Part shown: positions 56,485-64,000 of the stretch, in pieces
Layout of the letters: every line of letters starts with the position of its first letter
How positions within the stretch are numbered: the first letter of the stretch is position 1
NCBI GenBank assembly: GCA_964625535.1
Contig: CAZVEX010000004.1
Location: forward strand, 38,166 to 102,165
DNA: 64,000 bases
Direction: 5' to 3'
From: an uncultured Gammaproteobacteria bacterium
GTDB taxonomy: Bacteria; Patescibacteriota; Microgenomatia; Daviesbacterales; UBA10151
The notes under the pieces: model-generated
Told to the model about the DNA's origin: nothing
Databases searched by the model: none
The model's input: the letters and a program-made list of their open reading frames with translations, nothing else
Program-made: the position numbers and the translations under genes

Positions 56485-57005
56485 TTGGTTTTAATTTTTA
56501 AACTAATCCTGTAAGTATTTTCTCTACCCCGGTTTAAGCTTTCCACCGACACCTCGGAAACTGCGGTTAAATCGGATATGAGAGTATCCAAAATAATCAC
56601 ATCCGGAATCACGGCGACCAATTGAGCATCGCCGGAGCGGTCAACATTTAAAGAACTGATGCCAATCTGGGAGGACAGCAACCCGTCGAGCAAAGCATAG
56701 GTGGAAACCTGTTTGGAAGTTACCCCCAGATACTGATTAATGGTAGAAAGTCTGTTTTTGATAAGGAGCAGAGAAGTTTGCCTACCGGCAAGTTGAGTAA
56801 CCTTTTCTTCTCCCTCAACGATTTTAGCTTCCACTGCCCTGATGTTTTGGCTTTGTAAAAAACGGATCCCCACCGCAATGGAGGCAAAAAAGGCTACCAG
56901 CAAAATGGCTGCGGTAGACATTAATTGAACCTTATAAAATTTAGCTTTCTTTATTTCATCGCTTAAATATTCTCGGGGTAATAAATTAATGGATATTCTT
57001 GCCAT
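56481..57005 (-). CDS. pilN: Type IV pilus assembly protein PilN
   Basis: N-terminal INLLPREY motif followed by a TM helix. Confidence 0.7.
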   Translation of the reverse strand: MARISINLLPREYLSDEIKKAKFYKVQLMSTAAILLVAFFASIAVGIRFLQSQNIRAVEAKIVEGEEKVTQLAGRQTSLLLIKNRLSTINQYLGVTSKQVSTYALLDGLLSSQIGISSLNVDRSGDAQLVAVIPDVIILDTLISDLTAVSEVSVESLNRGRENTYRISLKIKTK

Positions 57006-57007
57006 CT

Positions 57008-58045
57008 CTAATCCTCCCTTAAAGCCAAACCTGTTGCCACGGAGTAAAGGGGAGCCAGAGCGGACAGTTTCGCTTCCATTGCCTTATCTTTAATAATGCC
57101 GTACCAGGGGTCAGCTTCCTGCACTTCCAAACCCAGAGCATTGGCAAGGTATATCACCAAGCCCGGCATTTTGACTCCTCCTCCTGATAAAACCACTCTT
57201 TTTATCTGATTTTGTGGGTATTTACCGTCAAAAGCCTGCGCTATTCTTCTTCCCTCCATGGCAATAATATCAACCAGGGGTTTTAGAGCCTCAAACACTT
57301 TTCCCTCAAGCTGATCCTGATTTAAACCGTAGACTTTTTTATATTCCTCGGCCTGCGAGCCTTCAAAATTAAATTGCTGAGCCAGAGCCCGTGTCAGCGC
57401 TATACCGCCCGTAGAGATTGACCGGGTCAGCCAAATAAGCCCCTGAGACACAGTAGCAAAATCCGTTGAAGTTGCGCCAAGCTGAATAATTAAAGTGCTG
57501 GGGGAAAAGGGGTTTCTGCCCACCAATGAGCGGGTAATGGCAATAATATCTGTCTCCAGGGCTTTTGCTTTTATTCCGGCTAAAGAGAGTACTTTAATAT
57601 ATTTCTCAACTGCTATTTTGGGGGAGGCAATTACCAGCACTATGGTTTTGGAGTTTTTGTTTTTACTGTCGGATCTGGCTAAAACCTGCCAGTTTAAATT
57701 GACGTCGGATAAGGGCATGGGGATAAACTCCTCGGCCGCATATTTTATGGCGGACGAAAGTTCCTCATCCGTAAGGTAGGGCAAATCATCAATTACCCGG
57801 GTGAAAACTTTACTCTCGGGCAAGGCTACCACCGCCTCTTTGGTATCAATCCTGGAGTTGCTAAAAAGCCTTTTGATAGTTTCCGCAACTTTTTCCAGGT
57901 CAGCGTCCTGCTCGGAGATCATCCCGGGTAAAGGAGTTGGCAACGCTCCCAAAGTCAACAGTTTAGCTTGATTTCCATCAAGATTAATCTGAACTGCTTT
58001 GATGGAAAAAAAACCAATATCCAAACCAACATTAATTTTGGCCAT
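57008..58045 (-). CDS. pilM: Type IV pilus assembly protein PilM (actin-like ATPase fold)
   Basis: VGLDIGFFSIKAVQ… matches the FtsA/PilM fold. 345 aa. Confidence 0.8.
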   Translation of the reverse strand: MAKINVGLDIGFFSIKAVQINLDGNQAKLLTLGALPTPLPGMISEQDADLEKVAETIKRLFSNSRIDTKEAVVALPESKVFTRVIDDLPYLTDEELSSAIKYAAEEFIPMPLSDVNLNWQVLARSDSKNKNSKTIVLVIASPKIAVEKYIKVLSLAGIKAKALETDIIAITRSLVGRNPFSPSTLIIQLGATSTDFATVSQGLIWLTRSISTGGIALTRALAQQFNFEGSQAEEYKKVYGLNQDQLEGKVFEALKPLVDIIAMEGRRIAQAFDGKYPQNQIKRVVLSGGGVKMPGLVIYLANALGLEVQEADPWYGIIKDKAMEAKLSALAPLYSVATGLALRED

Positions 58046-58071
58046 AGGCAGTAGTTTTATTGTAACACTTT

Positions 58072-59853
58072 TTACTTTACTTGGTATGTTCCTTTAACCA
58101 AAGAGTATGATCCAGAAGGGCCGGATGAGAAAAGAATGGAAGCTAAACCTGTTTCATAATCTATTATTGAATCATTGGTTATTTTTATTTTCCAGGCTGT
58201 TATCTCTTTAAATTGGTTATTATTACCAGGATCAATAATTCCTTTATCCGCATAAAATACTCCTGTATTGCCTATATTTCCAATGGTGATGGCGCTGCTT
58301 CCGTTAGTCCTTGAGTCATAGGTTGTAAGAAGTACCAAAATACTATTTCCCTCTCCGCTGCCTATTAATTTATTCTGATTACCCATGATAGCTTTTCCAT
58401 CTGTAATAATTATTCCCGAACTTGTTCCGTAAGAGGGATCCAGTATAAACTTGTTTTCATTTCCCATGGTAATATCTCCGGTGATCCATAGAGGAGTTTT
58501 TACCTTAATGATGCACTGATTGCCCAAAGTTAGGTTACCAGTAAATTTACCTGGTCCCCAGGCAGTTTGGGAACCGCAAGTTGGTTGTGACAGAGAACCA
58601 GCTATGGCTGCCTCATTTTTCCACCCTAATATGTTTGCTTCTGAAATGGGAAAGGTTTTGGGCGGCGGGTCTTCCGATCCGGGATGGCAATGTGCATTGG
58701 GACAAGAACTACCACTTACAGTTGAATTTGTGATGGTTTGATAGTAAGCGTCCTTGTCAATTATTAAACTATCTATGGTGTTTGCATGAGCATCACCCGC
58801 TACCCTGGTACCATTTCCTGATAGGATAAAATTAGTAGTTCCACCCATGTATGTCTTAAAGCTTAAATCTCCTGAAAAAGAACTCCAGCTGGGATTACCC
58901 GCACTCCAATTGGGCGACCATTTGGGCACACCTCCGTTATAACTTTGAGCCAAATCATTTTGCCAGGACCAGTAATTGCCAGTATCAGAGGATGTATCAA
59001 TCATAATCCAATAAGTAGTGTCAGCAGAGAGTGTAGGATTTGTGGAAAAGGTGACATCTATCCATCCATATTCTGTTATCACTAAGCTTGAGGAAAGAGT
59101 TCCTGTGGCAAGTACCTCATTTTTTTTAGGGTTCCCGCCATCATCACCCAAAATTCTGACAGTTACATCCGGAGGATTGCCTATCTTTTTAACCTTTAAA
59201 GAAATTTTCCTAATCTTATCTGACATAGAAGGTTTAAAGCTTTGTGCAATATCAAGTCTTGTTTGCCCATCAATGCTCTTACCAAAAAGGTAATCAACAC
59301 AGGTTATACAATCTGTCTGCTGATCTGCAGTGGCTACAACCCCAGCTGCCACCCAAGCATCCCCGGTGATGGTATTATTATTACCCATGATTATGCTTCC
59401 ATTGGAAAAGATTGTCCCCTGAACCTGATTGTTGTTGCCAAGTTCCAACCCTCCTTCTCCAACCTGAATTCCATAAACAAATGCTGCTCCAACCCCTTTT
59501 GAGGCGGTTATTTTGACGGTTCTTTTTGCTCTCACCTTAGCTTTATTAGGTATATAGCCGGTGGACTCAATCACTTTGGTGGCAGGATCAATAGAAGTTA
59601 TGGTGACTGAATAGCTACCATCACCAAGGCCAGTTTCTACCTCCCCAGAGTAACTCCCACCAGTTTTATTGAGTGAGTTAATGGCTTTATCTATGCCGGC
59701 TTCGGCCAAGGCTGTGGCTTTTTCCGAATCTAGCGCGTAAGAGGCATTTTGAAAATAGATTTGCGCACCAGCAATAATGAAAAGCACGCTAAAAAGCACC
59801 ACTCCCAAGGCCACAAAAACAATAATTAAAATTTGACCGGACTCCTTAGTCAT
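58072..59853 (-). CDS. Large PilX-N-domain pilus-associated protein with beta-helix-like GNNN repeats
   Basis: N-terminus MTKESGQILIIVFVALGVVLFSVLFI is PilX-like. Repeated G(N)NN…G segments suggest a parallel beta-helix. 593 aa. Confidence 0.5.
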   Translation of the reverse strand: MTKESGQILIIVFVALGVVLFSVLFIIAGAQIYFQNASYALDSEKATALAEAGIDKAINSLNKTGGSYSGEVETGLGDGSYSVTITSIDPATKVIESTGYIPNKAKVRAKRTVKITASKGVGAAFVYGIQVGEGGLELGNNNQVQGTIFSNGSIIMGNNNTITGDAWVAAGVVATADQQTDCITCVDYLFGKSIDGQTRLDIAQSFKPSMSDKIRKISLKVKKIGNPPDVTVRILGDDGGNPKKNEVLATGTLSSSLVITEYGWIDVTFSTNPTLSADTTYWIMIDTSSDTGNYWSWQNDLAQSYNGGVPKWSPNWSAGNPSWSSFSGDLSFKTYMGGTTNFILSGNGTRVAGDAHANTIDSLIIDKDAYYQTITNSTVSGSSCPNAHCHPGSEDPPPKTFPISEANILGWKNEAAIAGSLSQPTCGSQTAWGPGKFTGNLTLGNQCIIKVKTPLWITGDITMGNENKFILDPSYGTSSGIIITDGKAIMGNQNKLIGSGEGNSILVLLTTYDSRTNGSSAITIGNIGNTGVFYADKGIIDPGNNNQFKEITAWKIKITNDSIIDYETGLASILFSSGPSGSYSLVKGTYQVK

Positions 59854-60415
59854 TTCTTAAGTTTGCCTCCGATGTGGCAATCGTCACCTCAAACTCCGTC
59901 CCGCTTTTTTGTTTTAGGGACAAGGTAATTTTGACTTTGGAAGCCAAAACGGGCGCAACCTCCTGGGGCGGGTTTGACGAATCAAAATATTTAAACTCTA
60001 TTCTGTCCGCATTGGTTAAAAAAATCCGGTCTTGACTCTTTCTGGAACTTACCTCGGCGGGATAAGTTTTAAGACGAAGTACACTTTGATCCAAAAAGAA
60101 AACAAAGTAATCAAAAGAGTTGGCGATGATATTATCCGCGTTATCAACCGAGGCAAGTTTTAAAATTAATTGACTGCTTCCGCTGGTGTAGCTTGGCGGC
60201 GGAGTCTCCGGGTAGGTGGCGGCAATGTTTTGAGCTTCTCTGACGGCGTTTCTGATATTGGAGAGCGCCTCATTGACTCCCAAACCCTGTTCTATCCTGG
60301 CGGACTGTTTTAAAAAAAGACCGGTGGAATTGACAATAATCACCACCAGCAGCGTCCCTACTATGGTAGCCACGCCCATGGCTACCAGCACTTCAACAAG
60401 AGTGAGGCCTTTCAT
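59846..60415 (-). CDS. Minor pilin / pseudopilin (prepilin-type N-terminus)
   Basis: MKGLTLVEVLVAMGV is the class III signal peptide motif. The listed ORF extends further upstream, but the conserved start overlaps the stop of the next gene (ATGA). Confidence 0.65.
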   Translation of the reverse strand: MKGLTLVEVLVAMGVATIVGTLLVVIIVNSTGLFLKQSARIEQGLGVNEALSNIRNAVREAQNIAATYPETPPPSYTSGSSQLILKLASVDNADNIIANSFDYFVFFLDQSVLRLKTYPAEVSSRKSQDRIFLTNADRIEFKYFDSSNPPQEVAPVLASKVKITLSLKQKSGTEFEVTIATSEANLRND

Positions 60416-60810
60416 TGGTTTATACCTCCTTCTCCGATAAAAGTTTTTAAAGATATTTGCTGATCCCTGCTTCCTTCCTTCCAGTTTATGGTCACGGTCA
60501 CCTGTTTGATATTCTCCGAACCGGTGCAAATTGACGGATCGCAATCTTCCACTTTACTCTGTCCGGCACCGGCTGGCAAAAGACTGATTCTTTGATCTGA
60601 AATTGAACTTACGTCATTAACTAAATTAATATAGCTTATATTTCTTTTGTCTTCAATTTCTTTGGCGGCAATTTCTCTGGCTAAAGACAAATGTCTGCTC
60701 TTACCGATTAAACCTATGGCATTGGGCAGATTAGCCATCAAAAAAACAGCGGCGCCAACAACCGCCACCACTAGGATTAATTCAATCAGAGAAATGCCTT
60801 TTCCCCTCAT
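60412..60810 (-). CDS. Minor pilin / pseudopilin
   Basis: MRGKGISLIELILVVAVVG is a prepilin cleavage/methylation motif. Confidence 0.65.
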   Translation of the reverse strand: MRGKGISLIELILVVAVVGAAVFLMANLPNAIGLIGKSRHLSLAREIAAKEIEDKRNISYINLVNDVSSISDQRISLLPAGAGQSKVEDCDPSICTGSENIKQVTVTINWKEGSRDQQISLKTFIGEGGINQ

Positions 60811-61646
60811 TTATTGATTGCTCCCACGGAAAAGATGCCGTAGTCAAAATACGGAGGGACCACCTTGTTCTGCTGGAAAAGTTGCAATTTTCTCTGCGTT
60901 TCTCCTGCCGTTCCGGTTGAAACTATGGCCTTCGATTGAGGGGGCAGCGAACAGTCCCTGCCGCATATGCCGGTGGCCCTCACGGCCAACGGCTGACCGG
61001 TGGAGTTGTAAAGCAATCTGGCTCTAATCAGCATTAAACCGGCTACTTCCTGTGGAGTAAACCCAAGAGTCTTTTGGCACTGGTACTGATTTGAACCGAG
61101 GGTATAGCCGCTGCAAGCAACTTTCTCAAATCTGTTATCGGGGGATCTGGTAATGTTATGGTCCAAAAACCATTTTCTGGATTGATAGCCTCCTGAAAAA
61201 TAAACCAGAGTTAACTCAAGAGCCGCTTGATCCGTTGAGGAATTACCCCAAAAAACATCAAGAGTAGATTGCTTGTAAAAGCTGGGTGGAGGATTGGCAA
61301 GGGAGTTGTAATCTGCCAGCCAGACATGGGCGGTTTCCTCCCTGGAAAGAGGCGGAAATTCCAGCGGAGCTTGTTGGGAACCGGCTGCCGCTTCCGCCGG
61401 CCCCAAATCGCCTCCTGCGACTGCTGCGGTTGAACCAATTTCCGAAAAATTAACAGAACCTGAGCCTCCTTTAAGTCTGTTCTCAATGCCTGCCTCAGCC
61501 GCGGAAAAAGCCCGTGACGATTGCTCTACTTTAGTGGAGGTGGAAATATCGGAAAGAGAACGCTGGATAACAGACAGCCCAATGGCCAAACCCACGCTCA
61601 TCACCAAAATCAGTATTAAAATAATCTGGCCATGTTGTTTTTTCAT
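60807..61646 (-). CDS. PilX-N-domain pilus assembly protein
   Basis: MKKQHGQIILILILVMSVGLAIGLSVIQRS is a PilX-like N-terminus. 279 aa. Confidence 0.5.
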   Translation of the reverse strand: MKKQHGQIILILILVMSVGLAIGLSVIQRSLSDISTSTKVEQSSRAFSAAEAGIENRLKGGSGSVNFSEIGSTAAVAGGDLGPAEAAAGSQQAPLEFPPLSREETAHVWLADYNSLANPPPSFYKQSTLDVFWGNSSTDQAALELTLVYFSGGYQSRKWFLDHNITRSPDNRFEKVACSGYTLGSNQYQCQKTLGFTPQEVAGLMLIRARLLYNSTGQPLAVRATGICGRDCSLPPQSKAIVSTGTAGETQRKLQLFQQNKVVPPYFDYGIFSVGAINK

Positions 61647-61658
61647 ATAATTATTATA

Positions 61659-62234
61659 CTACCTCAACTGCACGGTTGTCTGAAACTTAACCGGATCAAT
61701 TTGTTGGGCATCTGCTTGGACCCCGGGCTTTAAAATAAATTCCACGCTGACCGCATCCTTAAATCCCGGGGAAGGGTTTCTGGTAAATAGGCCGTTTTCC
61801 AGAGAGACCCCTGTTTTGGTGTTGGTATCGGTGAGTATATTAGCCCCTACTACTAGATCAGTACAAACACTAATTAAAAAAGCGCTGATGTCTCCGGCGG
61901 GGGGAACAGGTGAATCTTGCTCGATATAGCCGTTGGCCGCTCCGGCAGGTAGAACAAATTTAAATCTGGTGTAAGTGTTGTTTTTAACAATGACCATGGT
62001 ATCGGCGGTAGCGCAAATTATTTTGTCCGCGCTTCTTATTTGTTTATCAATATTGTCCAAAACCGCCTGCCCGTTTTGTTTGATTACCGAGAGTATTTGC
62101 GATTTATTGGAACCTCGCAAAGTATTGGCAAAAATTACCACCAGAATCACTCCTACCAAGGCAGTGATGGCAATCACCACTAGAATTTCCACTAATGTAA
62201 AACCACTTCGACTTCGCTCAGTGTAAACCTTCAT
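61659..62234 (-). CDS. Type IV pilin with an 11-residue leader (paralog)
   Basis: MKVYTERSRSG|FTLVEILVVIAI is a prepilin leader plus the FTLxE motif. Confidence 0.75.
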   Translation of the reverse strand: MKVYTERSRSGFTLVEILVVIAITALVGVILVVIFANTLRGSNKSQILSVIKQNGQAVLDNIDKQIRSADKIICATADTMVIVKNNTYTRFKFVLPAGAANGYIEQDSPVPPAGDISAFLISVCTDLVVGANILTDTNTKTGVSLENGLFTRNPSPGFKDAVSVEFILKPGVQADAQQIDPVKFQTTVQLR

Positions 62235-62704
62235 AGTTTTCCTAAAATAGTAGTCAGTTTTGATTCATGATCTCCTGCAAAATCACTCCATTTGACTTTG
62301 GCCGTAATCCTTTTTTGTTCCGCGGCCTGATCTTCTATCAAAAATTGCCTTTGGAAATTCGGGGCAATTGGTTCAGAGTTGGTACTAGTACCACCCATCA
62401 GGGTACTTGCGTTAAAATAAAAGTAGCAGTTGGCAGGACAGCTGAAAGAGATGGTCCAAAGCTCGCTGAAATTGCTGGTGTGACTACCATCGGCTCGGAT
62501 ATAATCAACTGCTCCGTTTCGATCACGCAAGCCTCTCATCCTTTCAATGCCTGCCTGGGCCAACTTGGTAGCCTGGGCCTGGTTTTTGGCCAGATTGGCA
62601 TTGCGCAGGGAAAAGATGACGGCAAAAGTTAAAGCCGAAACCACCAGAACCCCCACCGCCGAGGCCACTATCACCTCTAGTAAAGTTTGGCCCTTACTGG
62701 ACAT
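62231..62704 (-). CDS. Pilin-like protein (atypical +1 Gln)
   Basis: MSSKG|QTLLEVIVASAVGVLV is a prepilin-like N-terminal helix. Confidence 0.55.
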   Translation of the reverse strand: MSSKGQTLLEVIVASAVGVLVVSALTFAVIFSLRNANLAKNQAQATKLAQAGIERMRGLRDRNGAVDYIRADGSHTSNFSELWTISFSCPANCYFYFNASTLMGGTSTNSEPIAPNFQRQFLIEDQAAEQKRITAKVKWSDFAGDHESKLTTILGKL

Positions 62705-63278
62705 AAGTCCTACCTCCTTTGTCTATTATGACCTGTCTGGTAGAATTTGTCTTGGTATTTTTTAACTGAACTTGAAATTTATTGCAAGTTTGATAAATTA
62801 CCCGGTCAACAGATGACTCGAAAGAAATAGCAGTAGCTAAGAGTTTAAAAGTAAGCGCCGCATATGAGACAACATCAGTGGGGAGAGTATTTTCGCAGCC
62901 CGCACTGCCACTGTCAAAAATCTTTTCAATAATGATATTTGGGGGTAATTCATGTTTATTAATCACAGATTGAGTGAGCACAGCTCCATTGAAATAATAG
63001 CAGTCGGTTTGAGCTATATACTTGCCTGACTGTTTATAAAAATCAATTTTCCATAGGCCAACAGGCCGACCAGCACATTTAAGATTAGTTGAAGCATTGG
63101 TTTGGGCTGTTCTTACTTGGCTTTGGATATTCAAAGCCGCACTTTCCAAGTCTTTATCCTCTCCAAAAGATCTGTAATTGGCAATGGCCACCACACCCAA
63201 AATGGCCATTATTGACACTACCACCAACAGTTCAATTAGGGTAAACCCACTTCGGCTCCGATCAGTGTAAACACGCAT
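62694..63278 (-). CDS. Type IV pilin (paralog)
   Basis: MRVYTDRSRSG|FTLIELLVVVSI. Confidence 0.75.
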   Translation of the reverse strand: MRVYTDRSRSGFTLIELLVVVSIMAILGVVAIANYRSFGEDKDLESAALNIQSQVRTAQTNASTNLKCAGRPVGLWKIDFYKQSGKYIAQTDCYYFNGAVLTQSVINKHELPPNIIIEKIFDSGSAGCENTLPTDVVSYAALTFKLLATAISFESSVDRVIYQTCNKFQVQLKNTKTNSTRQVIIDKGGRTYVQ

Positions 63279-63299
63279 ATATCCATGATATCACAAGAT

Positions 63300-63803
63300 T
63301 TATGGCGGAGTCACCCGGAAGTTATAGGTTGTAGCACCACCACAAGTGTATGTTGGGCTTGTGGGTCCATTTTCCAGCTTGGCATATAAACTATAGCCAG
63401 TACAGCGGTCTGTAGGGGAGTTATCACAAGCTGTACGCGGACTAGGTAGGTAACAATATCTTGGGGAGCCGAGAGGATCTTTTGGAGGAGAGTTTAAATA
63501 TATTTTAACAGTTGCCGGCGGTGAAGGATTACCTGTGCTGCTGGTAAATGCTACGGGGGGATCGGCGTTTAAAATATTCATACCTGGATCTGTGGGATAA
63601 AAACCCTGATCATTATGATATTGTTCCAGGGCGGATTGGATACTCCTTAAATCCGATTGTCTTTTTGAGTCTCGGCCGCTTTTTAAAACAGTAGTATAAG
63701 AAACGAAACCTATGGCAGCCAAAACTGCAATAATGGAGATGGTAATTAAAAGTTCAATCAGGGTAAAACCACTTCGACTGCGTTCAGTGTAAACATTTTT
63801 CAC
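63300..63803 (-). CDS. Type IV pilin (paralog), GTG start
   Basis: (M)KNVYTERSRSG|FTLIELLITISI, with a C-terminal Cys pair. Confidence 0.75.
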   Translation of the reverse strand: MKNVYTERSRSGFTLIELLITISIIAVLAAIGFVSYTTVLKSGRDSKRQSDLRSIQSALEQYHNDQGFYPTDPGMNILNADPPVAFTSSTGNPSPPATVKIYLNSPPKDPLGSPRYCYLPSPRTACDNSPTDRCTGYSLYAKLENGPTSPTYTCGGATTYNFRVTPP

Positions 63804-64000
63804 TGTTGATTAACCAGACAATATGTTCCACCAGCCTCAAGAGTCGCACAGACATTGTAACTTGCAGCGACAGCTGCGGGAATGCCGGTATAAGCAGCGC
63901 CTCCCGGAGAAGGATTAGAAGGGATGATTCCATTAGAAAACCAACCTGCTACAACAGGACAGTAAGGATTGGTAGCTGTTGCACCGCAAGATGTATCGTT
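63800..64000 (-). CDS. Type IV pilin paralog, C-terminal part only (5' end beyond the window)
   Basis: The minus-strand frame is open from the window edge and ends …CGATATNPYCPVVAGWF…NVCATLEAGGTYCLVNQQ*. A disulfide-loop-like Cys pair is present. Its TGA overlaps the GTG of the downstream pilin (GTGA). Confidence 0.5.
   Translation of the reverse strand, partial: NDTSCGATATNPYCPVVAGWFSNGIIPSNPSPGGAAYTGIPAAVAASYNVCATLEAGGTYCLVNQQ

Overview
The window looks like a chromosomal segment from a small, AT-rich bacterium with reduced metabolism, most consistent with a Candidate Phyla Radiation / Patescibacteria-like genome. I cannot run searches, so this taxonomic call is inference. The evidence for it is an archaeal/eukaryal-type TyrRS, a ThrRS and PheT that lack their N-terminal domains, several genes without Shine-Dalgarno sequences and a large type IV pilus locus.

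The housekeeping content is dense.
- Translation: thrS-infC-rpmI-rplT-pheS-pheT, rpmF-nusB-rnc, rpsP-KH-trmD, tyrS and obg.
- Energy: an F1Fo ATP synthase operon (atpBEFHAGD), with atpC separated from the rest.
- Cell wall: glmS, a class A PBP, a VanW-like protein, murT-gatD and two GH73-like hydrolases.
- Other: recG, def, and ahcY with a PfkB kinase.
- RNA genes: eight confident tRNAs (Gln, Gly, Val-TAC, Leu-GAG, Leu-CAG, Leu-TAG, Val-GAC, Tyr) plus one aberrant tRNA-Phe-like element.

The most unusual content is a minus-strand block at about 33.2-38.7 kb. It encodes a large secreted protein with Cys-rich repeat modules and a Pro/Ser/Thr/Tyr-rich tail, then a small membrane protein with NPF repeats, then four tandem GT2 glycosyltransferases. 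One of the GT2 genes carries a heptanucleotide tandem repeat. I interpret this block as a candidate surface glycoprotein and protein-glycosylation system that has not been characterised.

Other points of note:
- A type IV pilus locus (pilMNO, PilX-like proteins, minor pilins and at least five major-pilin paralogs sharing an 11-residue leader) runs to the 3' end of the window.
- A compositionally distinct block of small hypothetical membrane proteins sits at 48.3-50.1 kb.
- A tRNA-bracketed mini-island lies at 21.2-22.2 kb.
- A partial Fic-family gene at the 5' edge is missing from the ORF track.
- An S41 peptidase carries an embedded J-like domain that lacks the HPD motif.
- No CRISPR arrays, rRNAs or transposases are recognisable.
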